DNA of 40,269 bases from NCBI GenBank assembly GCA_001784055.1, contig MFOZ01000003.1:1-40269 (forward strand), in the 5' to 3' direction. Position numbers and translations under genes: made by a program. The notes below the pieces were generated by a model. The model did not search any database. It was not told the origin of the DNA and was given only the letters and a program-made list of their open reading frames with translations. Source of the DNA: Candidatus Levybacteria bacterium RIFCSPLOWO2_01_FULL_42_15 (GTDB taxonomy: Bacteria; Patescibacteriota; Microgenomatia; Levybacterales; UBA12049). Below, one piece after another: positions 33,111-40,269 of the stretch (the stretch's first letter is position 1; each line of letters starts with the position of its first letter).

Positions 33111-33380
33111 ATGCCACTTACCTCAATACAGAAGCAGGGTATTATTAAAGAGTACCAGACCGTTAAAGGCGATACGGGGAGTCCGGAGGTTCAAGTGGCG
33201 CTTCTTACGGGGCGCATCGATCGACTAACGGATCATCTCAAAACGCATGCGCATGATGTGCATAGCAGAAGAGGACTTCTCTCTATGATTGCAAAACGCA
33301 GACGCCTTTTGAATTTTTTGGAAAAGATAGATAAGACACGAGTCACCGTTATAGCAAAAAAGATTGGACTCGCCGCATAA
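33111..33380 (+). CDS. rpsO: 30S ribosomal protein S15
   Basis: GDTGSPEVQVALLTGRIDRLTDHLKTHAHDVHSRRGLLSMIAKRRRLLNFL is the S15 signature. 89 aa. Confidence 0.95.
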   Translation: MPLTSIQKQGIIKEYQTVKGDTGSPEVQVALLTGRIDRLTDHLKTHAHDVHSRRGLLSMIAKRRRLLNFLEKIDKTRVTVIAKKIGLAA

Positions 33381-33388
33381 TATCTCCT

Positions 33389-35653
33389 ATGAAACACACG
33401 GTATCATCCATTGAAATTTGCCAAAAAACACTTACTCTTGAAACAGGAACGCTTGCTTCTCAGGCAACTGCATCTGTTTTAGGAAGATTGGGAGACACCA
33501 TGGTGCTTGCAACGGTTGTTGCGGGATCAAAACGAGAAGATCTGGGATATTTTCCCCTCTTCGTTGAATACATTGAGCGGTTATATGCGGGGGGAAGAAT
33601 TAAAGGAAGCAGATGGGTTAAGAGAGAAGGAAGGCCATCTGATGATGCGATTTTGACCGCCCGGCTCATTGATCGTTCAATCCGTCCTTTGTTTCCCAAA
33701 GAATACGTCAATGAAGTTCAAGTGGTAGTTACGGTTCTTTCTGTTGATGGAGAAAATAACCCCGACATTCTTTCGATCGTTACGGTATCCGCCGCACTTA
33801 CGCTTTCGGGGATCCCATGGAATGGTCCGGTAGGGAGCGTAAGGATGGGTTTTCTCAAAGAAGGAGATATCTCCGTCAAAGAACAAGGACAAAATCAGCA
33901 GGAATTTCTCATTAATCCGCGAACTGCAGAGCTTGAATTTTCAGAGCTTGACATGGTGGTTTCTCAGACACAAGAAAAAACTCTTATGATTGAAGCAGGT
34001 GCCAGTGAGATATCAGAAGAGATTCTTGTGCAGGCAGCAACAAGAGCGCATAAAGAAAACAAAACGATTATTGCATTTATCCAAGATTTTGTAAAAAAAG
34101 CAGGAGCTCCTCAAAGACGGACGGTTGAAAAAGACGAACAGTTTCAAACGCTTATAAATATTATTGAAAAGACATACAAGGATGAAATCGTATCGCTTAT
34201 TAAGACGCGCGCAACCCACGAATCAAGCGGAGGGGGAGAACTTCAAGAACTTATTGATAAGATTTCTGCCGATGAAAACACGGTTTCGCAACAGGAAGGA
34301 ATTGATAAGAAAAAAGTGGCGAAAGTGGTAGAGCACATTCTTTTCAAAGGGATACGGGAGCTTATTTTAACAAAACAAGTGCGCCCGGATGGAAGAAAAA
34401 TAGATGAAATCCGCCCGATTTCGGGGGCAGTATCCGTTCTTCCGCGTACTCACGGATCCGCGCTATTTCAAAGAGGAGACACGCAGGCGCTTACCGTTGT
34501 AACGCTTGGGTCTCCGAGAATGGAGCAGCTTATTGAGGGTCCGGAAGGAGAAGAGGTAAAGCGCTATATTCATCATTACTCCATGCCCCCTTATTCCGTA
34601 GGAGAAGTAGGAAGAATGGGTGTTCCCTCAAGACGAGAAATAGGTCATGGCGCGCTTGCGGAACGAGCTCTTCTTGCGGTGATTCCAAAACAAGAAACGT
34701 TTCCCTATACCGTTCGTGTTGTCTCGGAAATATTATCCTCCAATGGTTCAACATCAATGGCCTCCGCGTGCGGTTCAACGCTTGCTTTGATGGATGCGGG
34801 GGTTCCTATTAAAGCTCCGGTTGCGGGAATCGCAATGGGGATGATGTCAGACGAAAAGAAATACGTAATTCTTTCGGATATCATTGGACTTGAGGATTTT
34901 TCTGGAGACATGGATTTCAAAGCGGCGGGCACCGAAAAGGGGGTATGCGCAATTCAGCTTGACGTAAAAACGCCGGTAACCATACAACAGATTGAAGAAA
35001 CGCTTAAAAAAGCAAAGATAGGCAGACTTCATATATTGAAAAAAATGCTTGAAGTTTTGCCACAAGCGCGAGATCGGGTATCCACGTATGCGCCAAAAAT
35101 TGAAGTAGTTCGCGTTCCGGTGGAAAAAATAGGAGAAGTTATTGGGCCGGGAGGAAAAGTTATCCGGGGGATTATGGCAGGAACAAGCACGACAATTGAC
35201 GTAGAAGATGATGGTTCGGTCACCGTTTCCGGTAAAAGTGAAGAGGACGTCCGGAAAGCGGCGGATTGGATAAAAAACCTCACCAGAGACGTTGGCGTGG
35301 GAGAAGTATTTGAGGGAACGGTTAAGCGCATGCTTCCTTTTGGAGCCTTTGTAGAAATTCTTCCTGGGAAAGAAGGATTGGTGCACGTCTCTCAAATGTC
35401 AAACAATTTTGTCAAAAGCCCACAGGATGTTGTTTCCATTGGAGATAAGGTAAAAGTGAAGGTTATTGAACGAGACGAGCAAGGAAGAATAAATCTTTCT
35501 ATGCTTCTTGAGGGACGTTCTCCCCAACAGAATCCTCAGACAACAGAACGTCGTCCTCACCCTCTTTCCATGCAATTTCAAAGAGAGAGATCTGGACGAA
35601 CCAACAATAGGATTGGTGGTCGTCCTTCTCCTCGTCGTTCTTCTCGCTATTAA
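33389..35653 (+). CDS. pnp: Polyribonucleotide nucleotidyltransferase (PNPase)
   Basis: Two RNase PH domains, a KH domain (IGEVIGPGGKVIRGI) and an S1 domain (GEVFEGTVKRMLPFGAFVEILPGKEGLVHVSQM), plus a C-terminal tail of about 50 aa that is Arg/Pro/Ser-rich. Confidence 0.97.
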   Translation: MKHTVSSIEICQKTLTLETGTLASQATASVLGRLGDTMVLATVVAGSKREDLGYFPLFVEYIERLYAGGRIKGSRWVKREGRPSDDAILTARLIDRSIRPLFPKEYVNEVQVVVTVLSVDGENNPDILSIVTVSAALTLSGIPWNGPVGSVRMGFLKEGDISVKEQGQNQQEFLINPRTAELEFSELDMVVSQTQEKTLMIEAGASEISEEILVQAATRAHKENKTIIAFIQDFVKKAGAPQRRTVEKDEQFQTLINIIEKTYKDEIVSLIKTRATHESSGGGELQELIDKISADENTVSQQEGIDKKKVAKVVEHILFKGIRELILTKQVRPDGRKIDEIRPISGAVSVLPRTHGSALFQRGDTQALTVVTLGSPRMEQLIEGPEGEEVKRYIHHYSMPPYSVGEVGRMGVPSRREIGHGALAERALLAVIPKQETFPYTVRVVSEILSSNGSTSMASACGSTLALMDAGVPIKAPVAGIAMGMMSDEKKYVILSDIIGLEDFSGDMDFKAAGTEKGVCAIQLDVKTPVTIQQIEETLKKAKIGRLHILKKMLEVLPQARDRVSTYAPKIEVVRVPVEKIGEVIGPGGKVIRGIMAGTSTTIDVEDDGSVTVSGKSEEDVRKAADWIKNLTRDVGVGEVFEGTVKRMLPFGAFVEILPGKEGLVHVSQMSNNFVKSPQDVVSIGDKVKVKVIERDEQGRINLSMLLEGRSPQQNPQTTERRPHPLSMQFQRERSGRTNNRIGGRPSPRRSSRY

Positions 35654-35679
35654 CACAGATAGATTCTTTGAGACAGTAG

Positions 35680-35688
35680 TGTTATAGT
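35680..35688 (+). promoter_or_regulatory. Extended -10 TGTTATAGT upstream of rnj
   Basis: A TGnTATAGT box in the 55-nt pnp-rnj spacer, 20 nt before the ATG at 35709. It overlaps a weak hairpin, so the interpretation is ambiguous. Confidence 0.35.
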
Positions 35689-35708
35689 AATACTGTAGGG
35701 CTTTTTCT

Positions 35709-37361
35709 ATGAACGAAACCGTATCGATTATTCCTCTTGGAGGTGTTGGAGATGTAACCCGCAATATGTATCTCTATGAATACGGAGAATTTGTTCTTAT
35801 TGTTGATTGTGGTTTGGGGTTTGCGGATGAGACCATGACGGGTGTTGATCTTTTGCTTCCCGACATATCGTATCTTCTTTCTTCAAAAAAGAAGATAGTG
35901 GGGATGCTTTTAACGCATGGACATGAAGATCACATAGGAGCGCTCCCTTTTATTCTTCCTCAGCTTCCAAGCATTCCGATTTTCGCAAGTCCTCTTACCG
36001 CAGCGTTTGCCAATGAAAAACTTAAGGAATTTAAACTCAATAATCGAGTAGTGTCTGTTCCCTTTGATTCAGCGGAAAAAACGCTTGGTCCTTTTTCCGC
36101 CACGTTCATTCGAGTAACGCATTCTGTTCCGGATACCGCGCATATCTTTTTGCGCACTCCCGTTGGCAATTTCTATCACGGATCTGATTTCAAATTTGAT
36201 CTTACGCCGTATGATAAAAAACCTTCGGAGCTACAGCGCATCGTTGAATATGCAAAAAAAGGCGTTGTGTGTCTTTTGTCCGATTGCCTTCGTTCCGAAG
36301 TTGAAGGATCAACGCCCTCAGAGCTTTCTCTTGGAGAGAGTTTTGAAAAAGAAATGCAAGCTTGCAAGGGGCGATTCATAGTGACAACCTATTCGTCTAA
36401 CATTTCCCGTCTCAACCAGGCAATTAAGATAGGAGAGCGTCTCAACAGAAAGGTATGCTTTGTTGGTCGTTCTCTTATGAAAGCAAAAGGAGTGGCAAGT
36501 AGAATAGGATATATGAATCTTGCCAGGGGACAGGAAATTTCTATTGATAAAATACGTCAATATAAGCCTCAAGAAGTTCTTTTAATCGTTGCGGGAAGCC
36601 AGGGTCAACAGAATTCGGCGCTCACCCGTATTGCGTATGGCGAGCACTCCGACATAACGCTTAATGAAAACGATGTAGTAGTATTTTCTGCCGATTCAAT
36701 CCCAGGAAATGAGATTGCGATAAACGCGCTTATTGATGAGATTGCGCGTAAAGGAACAAAAGTCATATATTCTGGTCTTGCGGATAGTTTTCATGTGTCA
36801 GGTCACGGAGCGTCAAATGAGCTTATGCTTCTTGCTTCCCTAACGCGCCCATCCTATTTTTTGCCCATCGGAGGAACGTTTCGTCAAATGGTTGCCTACA
36901 GAGGACTTATTGAAAAGCTTGGATATGCAAAAGACCGCGTACTACTAGTTGAAAACGGTCAAGAGATACAGTTTAATCGAGGTAAAGCACTGCTTGGCAA
37001 GAAGCTTCCTCTAAAGACGGTGTATGTGGATGAGATTACCGGAGAAGAGGTTGAGCACTTTGTAGTAAGAGACAGACAAAAGTTATCAAAAGATGGAATC
37101 GCAATTGTAATGGTTGAGATTTCAAGGGAGAACGGACGAATAGTGGGAACCCCGGATGTTGTTGCGCGAGGAATACCACCTTCTGATGTTCAAATATTTC
37201 GTCTTAAACTGACGGATGCGTTGCAAACAGTGTTTAGGGAAAGAAGAGGAGATAGCGGATGGTTTCATGCAAAAAAACGTATCGGAGAGATAAGCGAGCG
37301 GCTTATGTTCAGTGCGTTAAACAGAGAGCCTTTGATTCTTCCTATTGTAGTTGAGGTATAA
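35709..37361 (+). CDS. rnj: Ribonuclease J (beta-CASP metallo-beta-lactamase)
   Basis: IIPLGGVGDVTRNMYLYEY...LLTHGHEDHIGALPF (HxHxDH), SGHGASNEL and a C-terminal domain. 550 aa. Confidence 0.93.
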   Translation: MNETVSIIPLGGVGDVTRNMYLYEYGEFVLIVDCGLGFADETMTGVDLLLPDISYLLSSKKKIVGMLLTHGHEDHIGALPFILPQLPSIPIFASPLTAAFANEKLKEFKLNNRVVSVPFDSAEKTLGPFSATFIRVTHSVPDTAHIFLRTPVGNFYHGSDFKFDLTPYDKKPSELQRIVEYAKKGVVCLLSDCLRSEVEGSTPSELSLGESFEKEMQACKGRFIVTTYSSNISRLNQAIKIGERLNRKVCFVGRSLMKAKGVASRIGYMNLARGQEISIDKIRQYKPQEVLLIVAGSQGQQNSALTRIAYGEHSDITLNENDVVVFSADSIPGNEIAINALIDEIARKGTKVIYSGLADSFHVSGHGASNELMLLASLTRPSYFLPIGGTFRQMVAYRGLIEKLGYAKDRVLLVENGQEIQFNRGKALLGKKLPLKTVYVDEITGEEVEHFVVRDRQKLSKDGIAIVMVEISRENGRIVGTPDVVARGIPPSDVQIFRLKLTDALQTVFRERRGDSGWFHAKKRIGEISERLMFSALNREPLILPIVVEV

Positions 37362-37362
37362 T
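37357..37362 (+). promoter_or_regulatory. Consensus TATAAT inside the rnj 3' end, 6 nt before the ftsK ATG
   Basis: TATAAT at 37357..37362 places the predicted +1 on the A of the ATG at 37369. A -35-like TTGATT lies at 37332..37337, but the 19-nt spacer is suboptimal. Confidence 0.35.
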
Positions 37363-37368
37363 ACAGGT

Positions 37369-39495
37369 ATGCCCAGGAGATACCGAAAAAGAAGTCTTCG
37401 CGTAAAACTTAAAAAAGAAACCGTTTACAATGTCTTTGCGTTTGGATTCTTGATTGGCGGAGCTCTTCTCTTGCTCTCATTTTTCAATAACGAGGGCACA
37501 TTTCTTATTATTAAAGATACGCTTGATGAATACTTTGGAGCTGGAGCTCTTCTTTTTCCCGTAACACTTATTTTAGCAGGGTTTCTTTTTTTGAAACTTC
37601 GTTTTCCTCTTTCCCGGCCCAACGTAGTTCTTGGTTTCATCCTGCTCTTTGTATCGGTAATAGGACTATTGAAAGCTGGTATTGTGGGAAGACTATTATT
37701 TGATACCTTTCAGGAGGTTCTTACTCCGTTAGGAAGCATGTTGGTGTTTTTTGCGGGTTTGGTAGTGGGCGTTATTGTGTTGTTTGATACCTCTGTTGAT
37801 GAAATCATGCAGGGGATAAGTATTGTTTATAAAATAACTACCCGGCTTATTCCCAAACGCCTACTTTCTTCTCTTTTTAAGACAAAAAAACCTCTTGTGG
37901 TTAGAGACACACCCATGACTATTAATAAGGGTGCGCTGTCTCGAGATGGTTCTTCTATGCTAGCTGATTCCGCAATCAAGATACAAACCCGCAAAGAACC
38001 GGAAATTCTGTCAGAAAAATTAGTAAGCAACTTCCCTGCTGACAACAAGGGGGAAATATGGGAATATCCTCCTTTGTCCTTGCTTTCTGACATTACGGGG
38101 CAAAAAGCAGATCGGGGAGATATCAAGCGTATTGCAAGCGTTATCGAAAAAACATTATCCAGTTTTAGCATTAAAGCTCAAGTTGTTGAGGTTAATCTTG
38201 GTCCTGCGGTTACTCAATATGCGCTTGAAATTGCCCTTGGAACCAAAGTCTCCCGCATTACCGCCCTTTCCAATGATCTTGCTCTTGCAACGGAAGCTCC
38301 AACAGGACAAATTCGCATAGAAGCTCCTATTCCGGGCAGAGGACTTGTGGGTATTGAAATTCCGAACAGATCTCTTGAGGTAGTGACCTTAAAGACAATT
38401 CTCTCATCATCCATCATGCAAAAAAACAGATCCAAACTGGTTGCAGCCCTCGGCCTTGATGTATCCGGAAATCCGTTGGTTGCTGACGTTGCGAGAATGC
38501 CACATGTTCTTATTGCCGGAACTACCGGATCAGGAAAATCGGTTCTTATCAATTCATTTATTTGCTCTCTTCTCTTTAGGGGATCTCCTCAGGAGGTAAA
38601 ACTTATCCTCGTTGATCCAAAGCGCGTCGAGTTTACCGCTTTCAATGGCATTCCCCATCTTCTTACTCCGGTTATTGTAGAACAAGCAAAGATTCTCTCG
38701 GCGCTCCGATGGGCAATGGGAGAAATGGATAGAAGATATAAATTATTTGCAGAACAAGGTGTTAAAAACATCGATGCGTATAATGAGCTTTCTGGATTTC
38801 AAGCGCTTCCCTACATAGTCATTATTATTGATGAGCTTGCGGATCTTATGATGTTTGCTCCTGTTGAGGTTGAAGACGCGATTGCGCGTCTTGCGCAAAT
38901 GGCGCGCGCAACAGGAATCCATTTAGTGATTGCGACACAGAGGCCATCGGTAAACGTTATTACCGGTCTTATTAAGGCAAATATTCCTTGTCGGATCGCG
39001 TTTAACGTTTCATCCATGATTGACTCTCGGGTAATCATTGATGTGCCTGGGGCAGAGAAGCTTTTAGGACGGGGAGATATGTTGTATATTCCTCCGGATC
39101 AAGCAAAACCAACTCGTATTCAAGGAACATACGTATCCGAAAAAGAAGTTAAAAAACTCGTTGACTACCTTAAGGCAAAAGGGGTTCCTCTGGAATATAC
39201 AGAAGAAGTTACCGCCCAAGCGATTCCGGTGAAACGGGGAGGCGGCGCAGCTTCTTCTCCAACGGACGTACGAGATCCTTTATTTGAAGAGGCTATTCGG
39301 GTAGTATGTCAACACGATAGAGCGTCGGCATCTCTTTTACAAAGAAGACTGTCTGTTGGATATTCTCGTGCGGCGAGGATTATAGATCAACTTGAAGAAG
39401 TTGGTATTGTGAGCCCCGGAGAAGGATCTAAACCGAGAGATGTTCTTGTTCAAAACGCGCAAGATTTTCTCAATAATCTTCAACAGAGACAATAA
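37369..39495 (+). CDS. ftsK: DNA translocase FtsK/SpoIIIE
   Basis: N-terminal TM helices and a linker, then a motor domain with LIAGTTGSGKSV (Walker A) and IVIIIDELADLM (Walker B), and a gamma winged-helix (ASLLQRRLSVGYSRAARIIDQLEEVGIV). I take the ATG at 37369; the track's TTG at 37351 overlaps rnj. Confidence 0.93.
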   Translation: MPRRYRKRSLRVKLKKETVYNVFAFGFLIGGALLLLSFFNNEGTFLIIKDTLDEYFGAGALLFPVTLILAGFLFLKLRFPLSRPNVVLGFILLFVSVIGLLKAGIVGRLLFDTFQEVLTPLGSMLVFFAGLVVGVIVLFDTSVDEIMQGISIVYKITTRLIPKRLLSSLFKTKKPLVVRDTPMTINKGALSRDGSSMLADSAIKIQTRKEPEILSEKLVSNFPADNKGEIWEYPPLSLLSDITGQKADRGDIKRIASVIEKTLSSFSIKAQVVEVNLGPAVTQYALEIALGTKVSRITALSNDLALATEAPTGQIRIEAPIPGRGLVGIEIPNRSLEVVTLKTILSSSIMQKNRSKLVAALGLDVSGNPLVADVARMPHVLIAGTTGSGKSVLINSFICSLLFRGSPQEVKLILVDPKRVEFTAFNGIPHLLTPVIVEQAKILSALRWAMGEMDRRYKLFAEQGVKNIDAYNELSGFQALPYIVIIIDELADLMMFAPVEVEDAIARLAQMARATGIHLVIATQRPSVNVITGLIKANIPCRIAFNVSSMIDSRVIIDVPGAEKLLGRGDMLYIPPDQAKPTRIQGTYVSEKEVKKLVDYLKAKGVPLEYTEEVTAQAIPVKRGGGAASSPTDVRDPLFEEAIRVVCQHDRASASLLQRRLSVGYSRAARIIDQLEEVGIVSPGEGSKPRDVLVQNAQDFLNNLQQRQ

Positions 39496-39514
39496 GAATA
39501 GGTACTCTTTCTGT

Positions 39515-40150
39515 ATGATTCGACTTGGCCAACGACTTCGTGAAGTCCGCATCGGAAAAGGAATAAGCCTTGAAGAAGTTTCTCGAGCAACAAAAATCAA
39601 AATAGCCTTTTTATCGGCAATTGAGGACGGTATGTATGAGAAGCTTCCATCAAGTTCTTACGCGCAGGGATTTGTAAAAAACTACGCTCAATTCCTGGGG
39701 TTCTCGGAGCGGGAAGCAATGGCTCTCTTTCGCCGTGAATTCGACGAAAAAAGAATATTTAAAGTGTTGCCGGATGGACTTGTCAGTCCCCACGAATTCC
39801 ACCCGTCAAAACGCATTTTTCAACAAACGACAATAATTGTCCTATCTGTTTTTGTAGTTCTTATTGGTTATATTTTTTTTCAAAATCGGTACGTATTTAT
39901 CAATCCTCCCCTTGAAGTAATTACGCCAATTGAAAATGCAGTTCTTGACACAACGCGGGTTATGGTTTCAGGAAGAACGGATCAGAATGCGAGCGTGTTC
40001 GTAAATGGAGAACCCGCATTTATTGACAAAGATGGTTCTTTTCAAAAAAATGTGACATTTTTTTCCGGCAAAGAGACTCTTGAGGTTACGGCGGTAAATC
40101 GTTTTGGGAAAGAAACAAAAGTGAAAAGACACATAGAAATAAAAGAATAA
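39515..40150 (+). CDS. rodZ: RodZ-like HTH (XRE) cytoskeleton-associated membrane protein
   Basis: MIRLGQRLREVRIGKGISLEEVSRATKIKIAFLSAIEDGMYEKLPSSSYAQGFVKNYAQFLG is the RodZ-type HTH. It is followed by one TM and an extracytoplasmic beta-domain. The first ATG is at 39515. Confidence 0.75.
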   Translation: MIRLGQRLREVRIGKGISLEEVSRATKIKIAFLSAIEDGMYEKLPSSSYAQGFVKNYAQFLGFSEREAMALFRREFDEKRIFKVLPDGLVSPHEFHPSKRIFQQTTIIVLSVFVVLIGYIFFQNRYVFINPPLEVITPIENAVLDTTRVMVSGRTDQNASVFVNGEPAFIDKDGSFQKNVTFFSGKETLEVTAVNRFGKETKVKRHIEIKE

Positions 40151-40185
40151 ATTCTTGGTTTTGATCAAAAATAAGAGAGGAATTT

Positions 40186-40217
40186 CCTAGGTGCCAAGCT
40201 AATCCACCTCCCAGGTG
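40186..40217 (+). repeat. REP-like hairpin element, copy C (dispersed)
   Basis: CCTAGGTG-CCAAGCT-AATCCACCTCCCAGGTG, 35 nt after the rodZ-like stop. It matches copy B at 29/32 positions. Confidence 0.75.
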
Positions 40218-40269
40218 AACTATTCATATTCAAAAAGACAAGTTGACAGAATTGACAGAAAATGCGATT

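Noticed and set aside
35673-35712. Hairpin ACAGTA-N12-TACTGT followed by AGGGCTTTTT after pnp, as a possible intrinsic terminator
   Set aside because: The stem is only 6 bp and AT-rich, the loop is 12 nt, and the T-tract is offset by 5 nt. It also overlaps a TGTTATAGT extended -10 box, so I cannot tell a terminator from a promoter by eye.
1-40269. Alternative genetic code (UGA recoding), as found in some candidate phyla
   Set aside because: TGA terminates well-supported genes at conserved C-termini, for example infB at 32136..32138 and the ATGA-coupled junctions at 235, 4454, 14808, 17670 and 19160. No conserved protein shows in-frame TGA interruptions.
1-40269. CRISPR arrays, tRNA/rRNA genes, toxin-antitoxin or restriction-type defence genes, and diversity-generating retroelements near the PKD protein
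   Set aside because: No regularly spaced direct repeats are present. No intergenic gap exceeds about 165 bp, and the only such gap has no cloverleaf-like structure. No reverse transcriptase, nuclease or methylase signatures appear in any long ORF.

Overview
This is a compact, moderately AT-rich bacterial chromosome segment that uses the standard genetic code (TGA closes several well-supported genes). I call about 37 protein genes, with tiny or overlapping junctions (five ATGA start/stop overlaps). I saw no rRNA, tRNA or CRISPR array, and no intergenic gap exceeds about 165 bp. By inference only, the gene content points to a reduced-genome lineage such as CPR/Patescibacteria: many GT-C and GT2 envelope glycosyltransferases, a minimal IF-2, short HrcA and GrpE, a cysteine-free DnaJ, PilN/PilO-like proteins and a cohesin/PKD surface protein.

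Layout:
- (a) 1..5950, minus strand: an operon of PilN-like, PilO-like and small membrane proteins, a large anchored surface protein, an FAD oxidoreductase and tandem GT-C glycosyltransferases.
- (b) rpsT and murJ diverging from one shared palindromic promoter core, then lepA.
- (c) A cohesin/PKD surface protein, then CIRCE-controlled groES-groEL and a PEGA/SH3b protein.
- (d) 21425..13864, minus strand: the operon metG-tatD-GT2-GT-C-small membrane protein-WecA/MraY-like-UbiA (decaprenyl-phosphate phosphoribosyltransferase-like).
- (e) A RAYT-type HUH/Tyr transposase bracketed by inverted copies of a hairpin repeat, with a third copy at 40186.
- (f) CIRCE-controlled hrcA-grpE-dnaK-dnaJ, followed by a membrane-anchored, heavily degenerate Clp/Hsp100-like ATPase.
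- (g) nusA-infB-(DHH-like pseudoenzyme)-rpsO-pnp-rnj-ftsK-rodZ-like.

The most interesting items are the RAYT/REP unit, the degenerate Clp-like ATPase, the two envelope-glycan operons, and a recurring pattern of sigma70/extended -10 boxes only 5-12 nt from start codons, which suggests leaderless or near-leaderless mRNAs.
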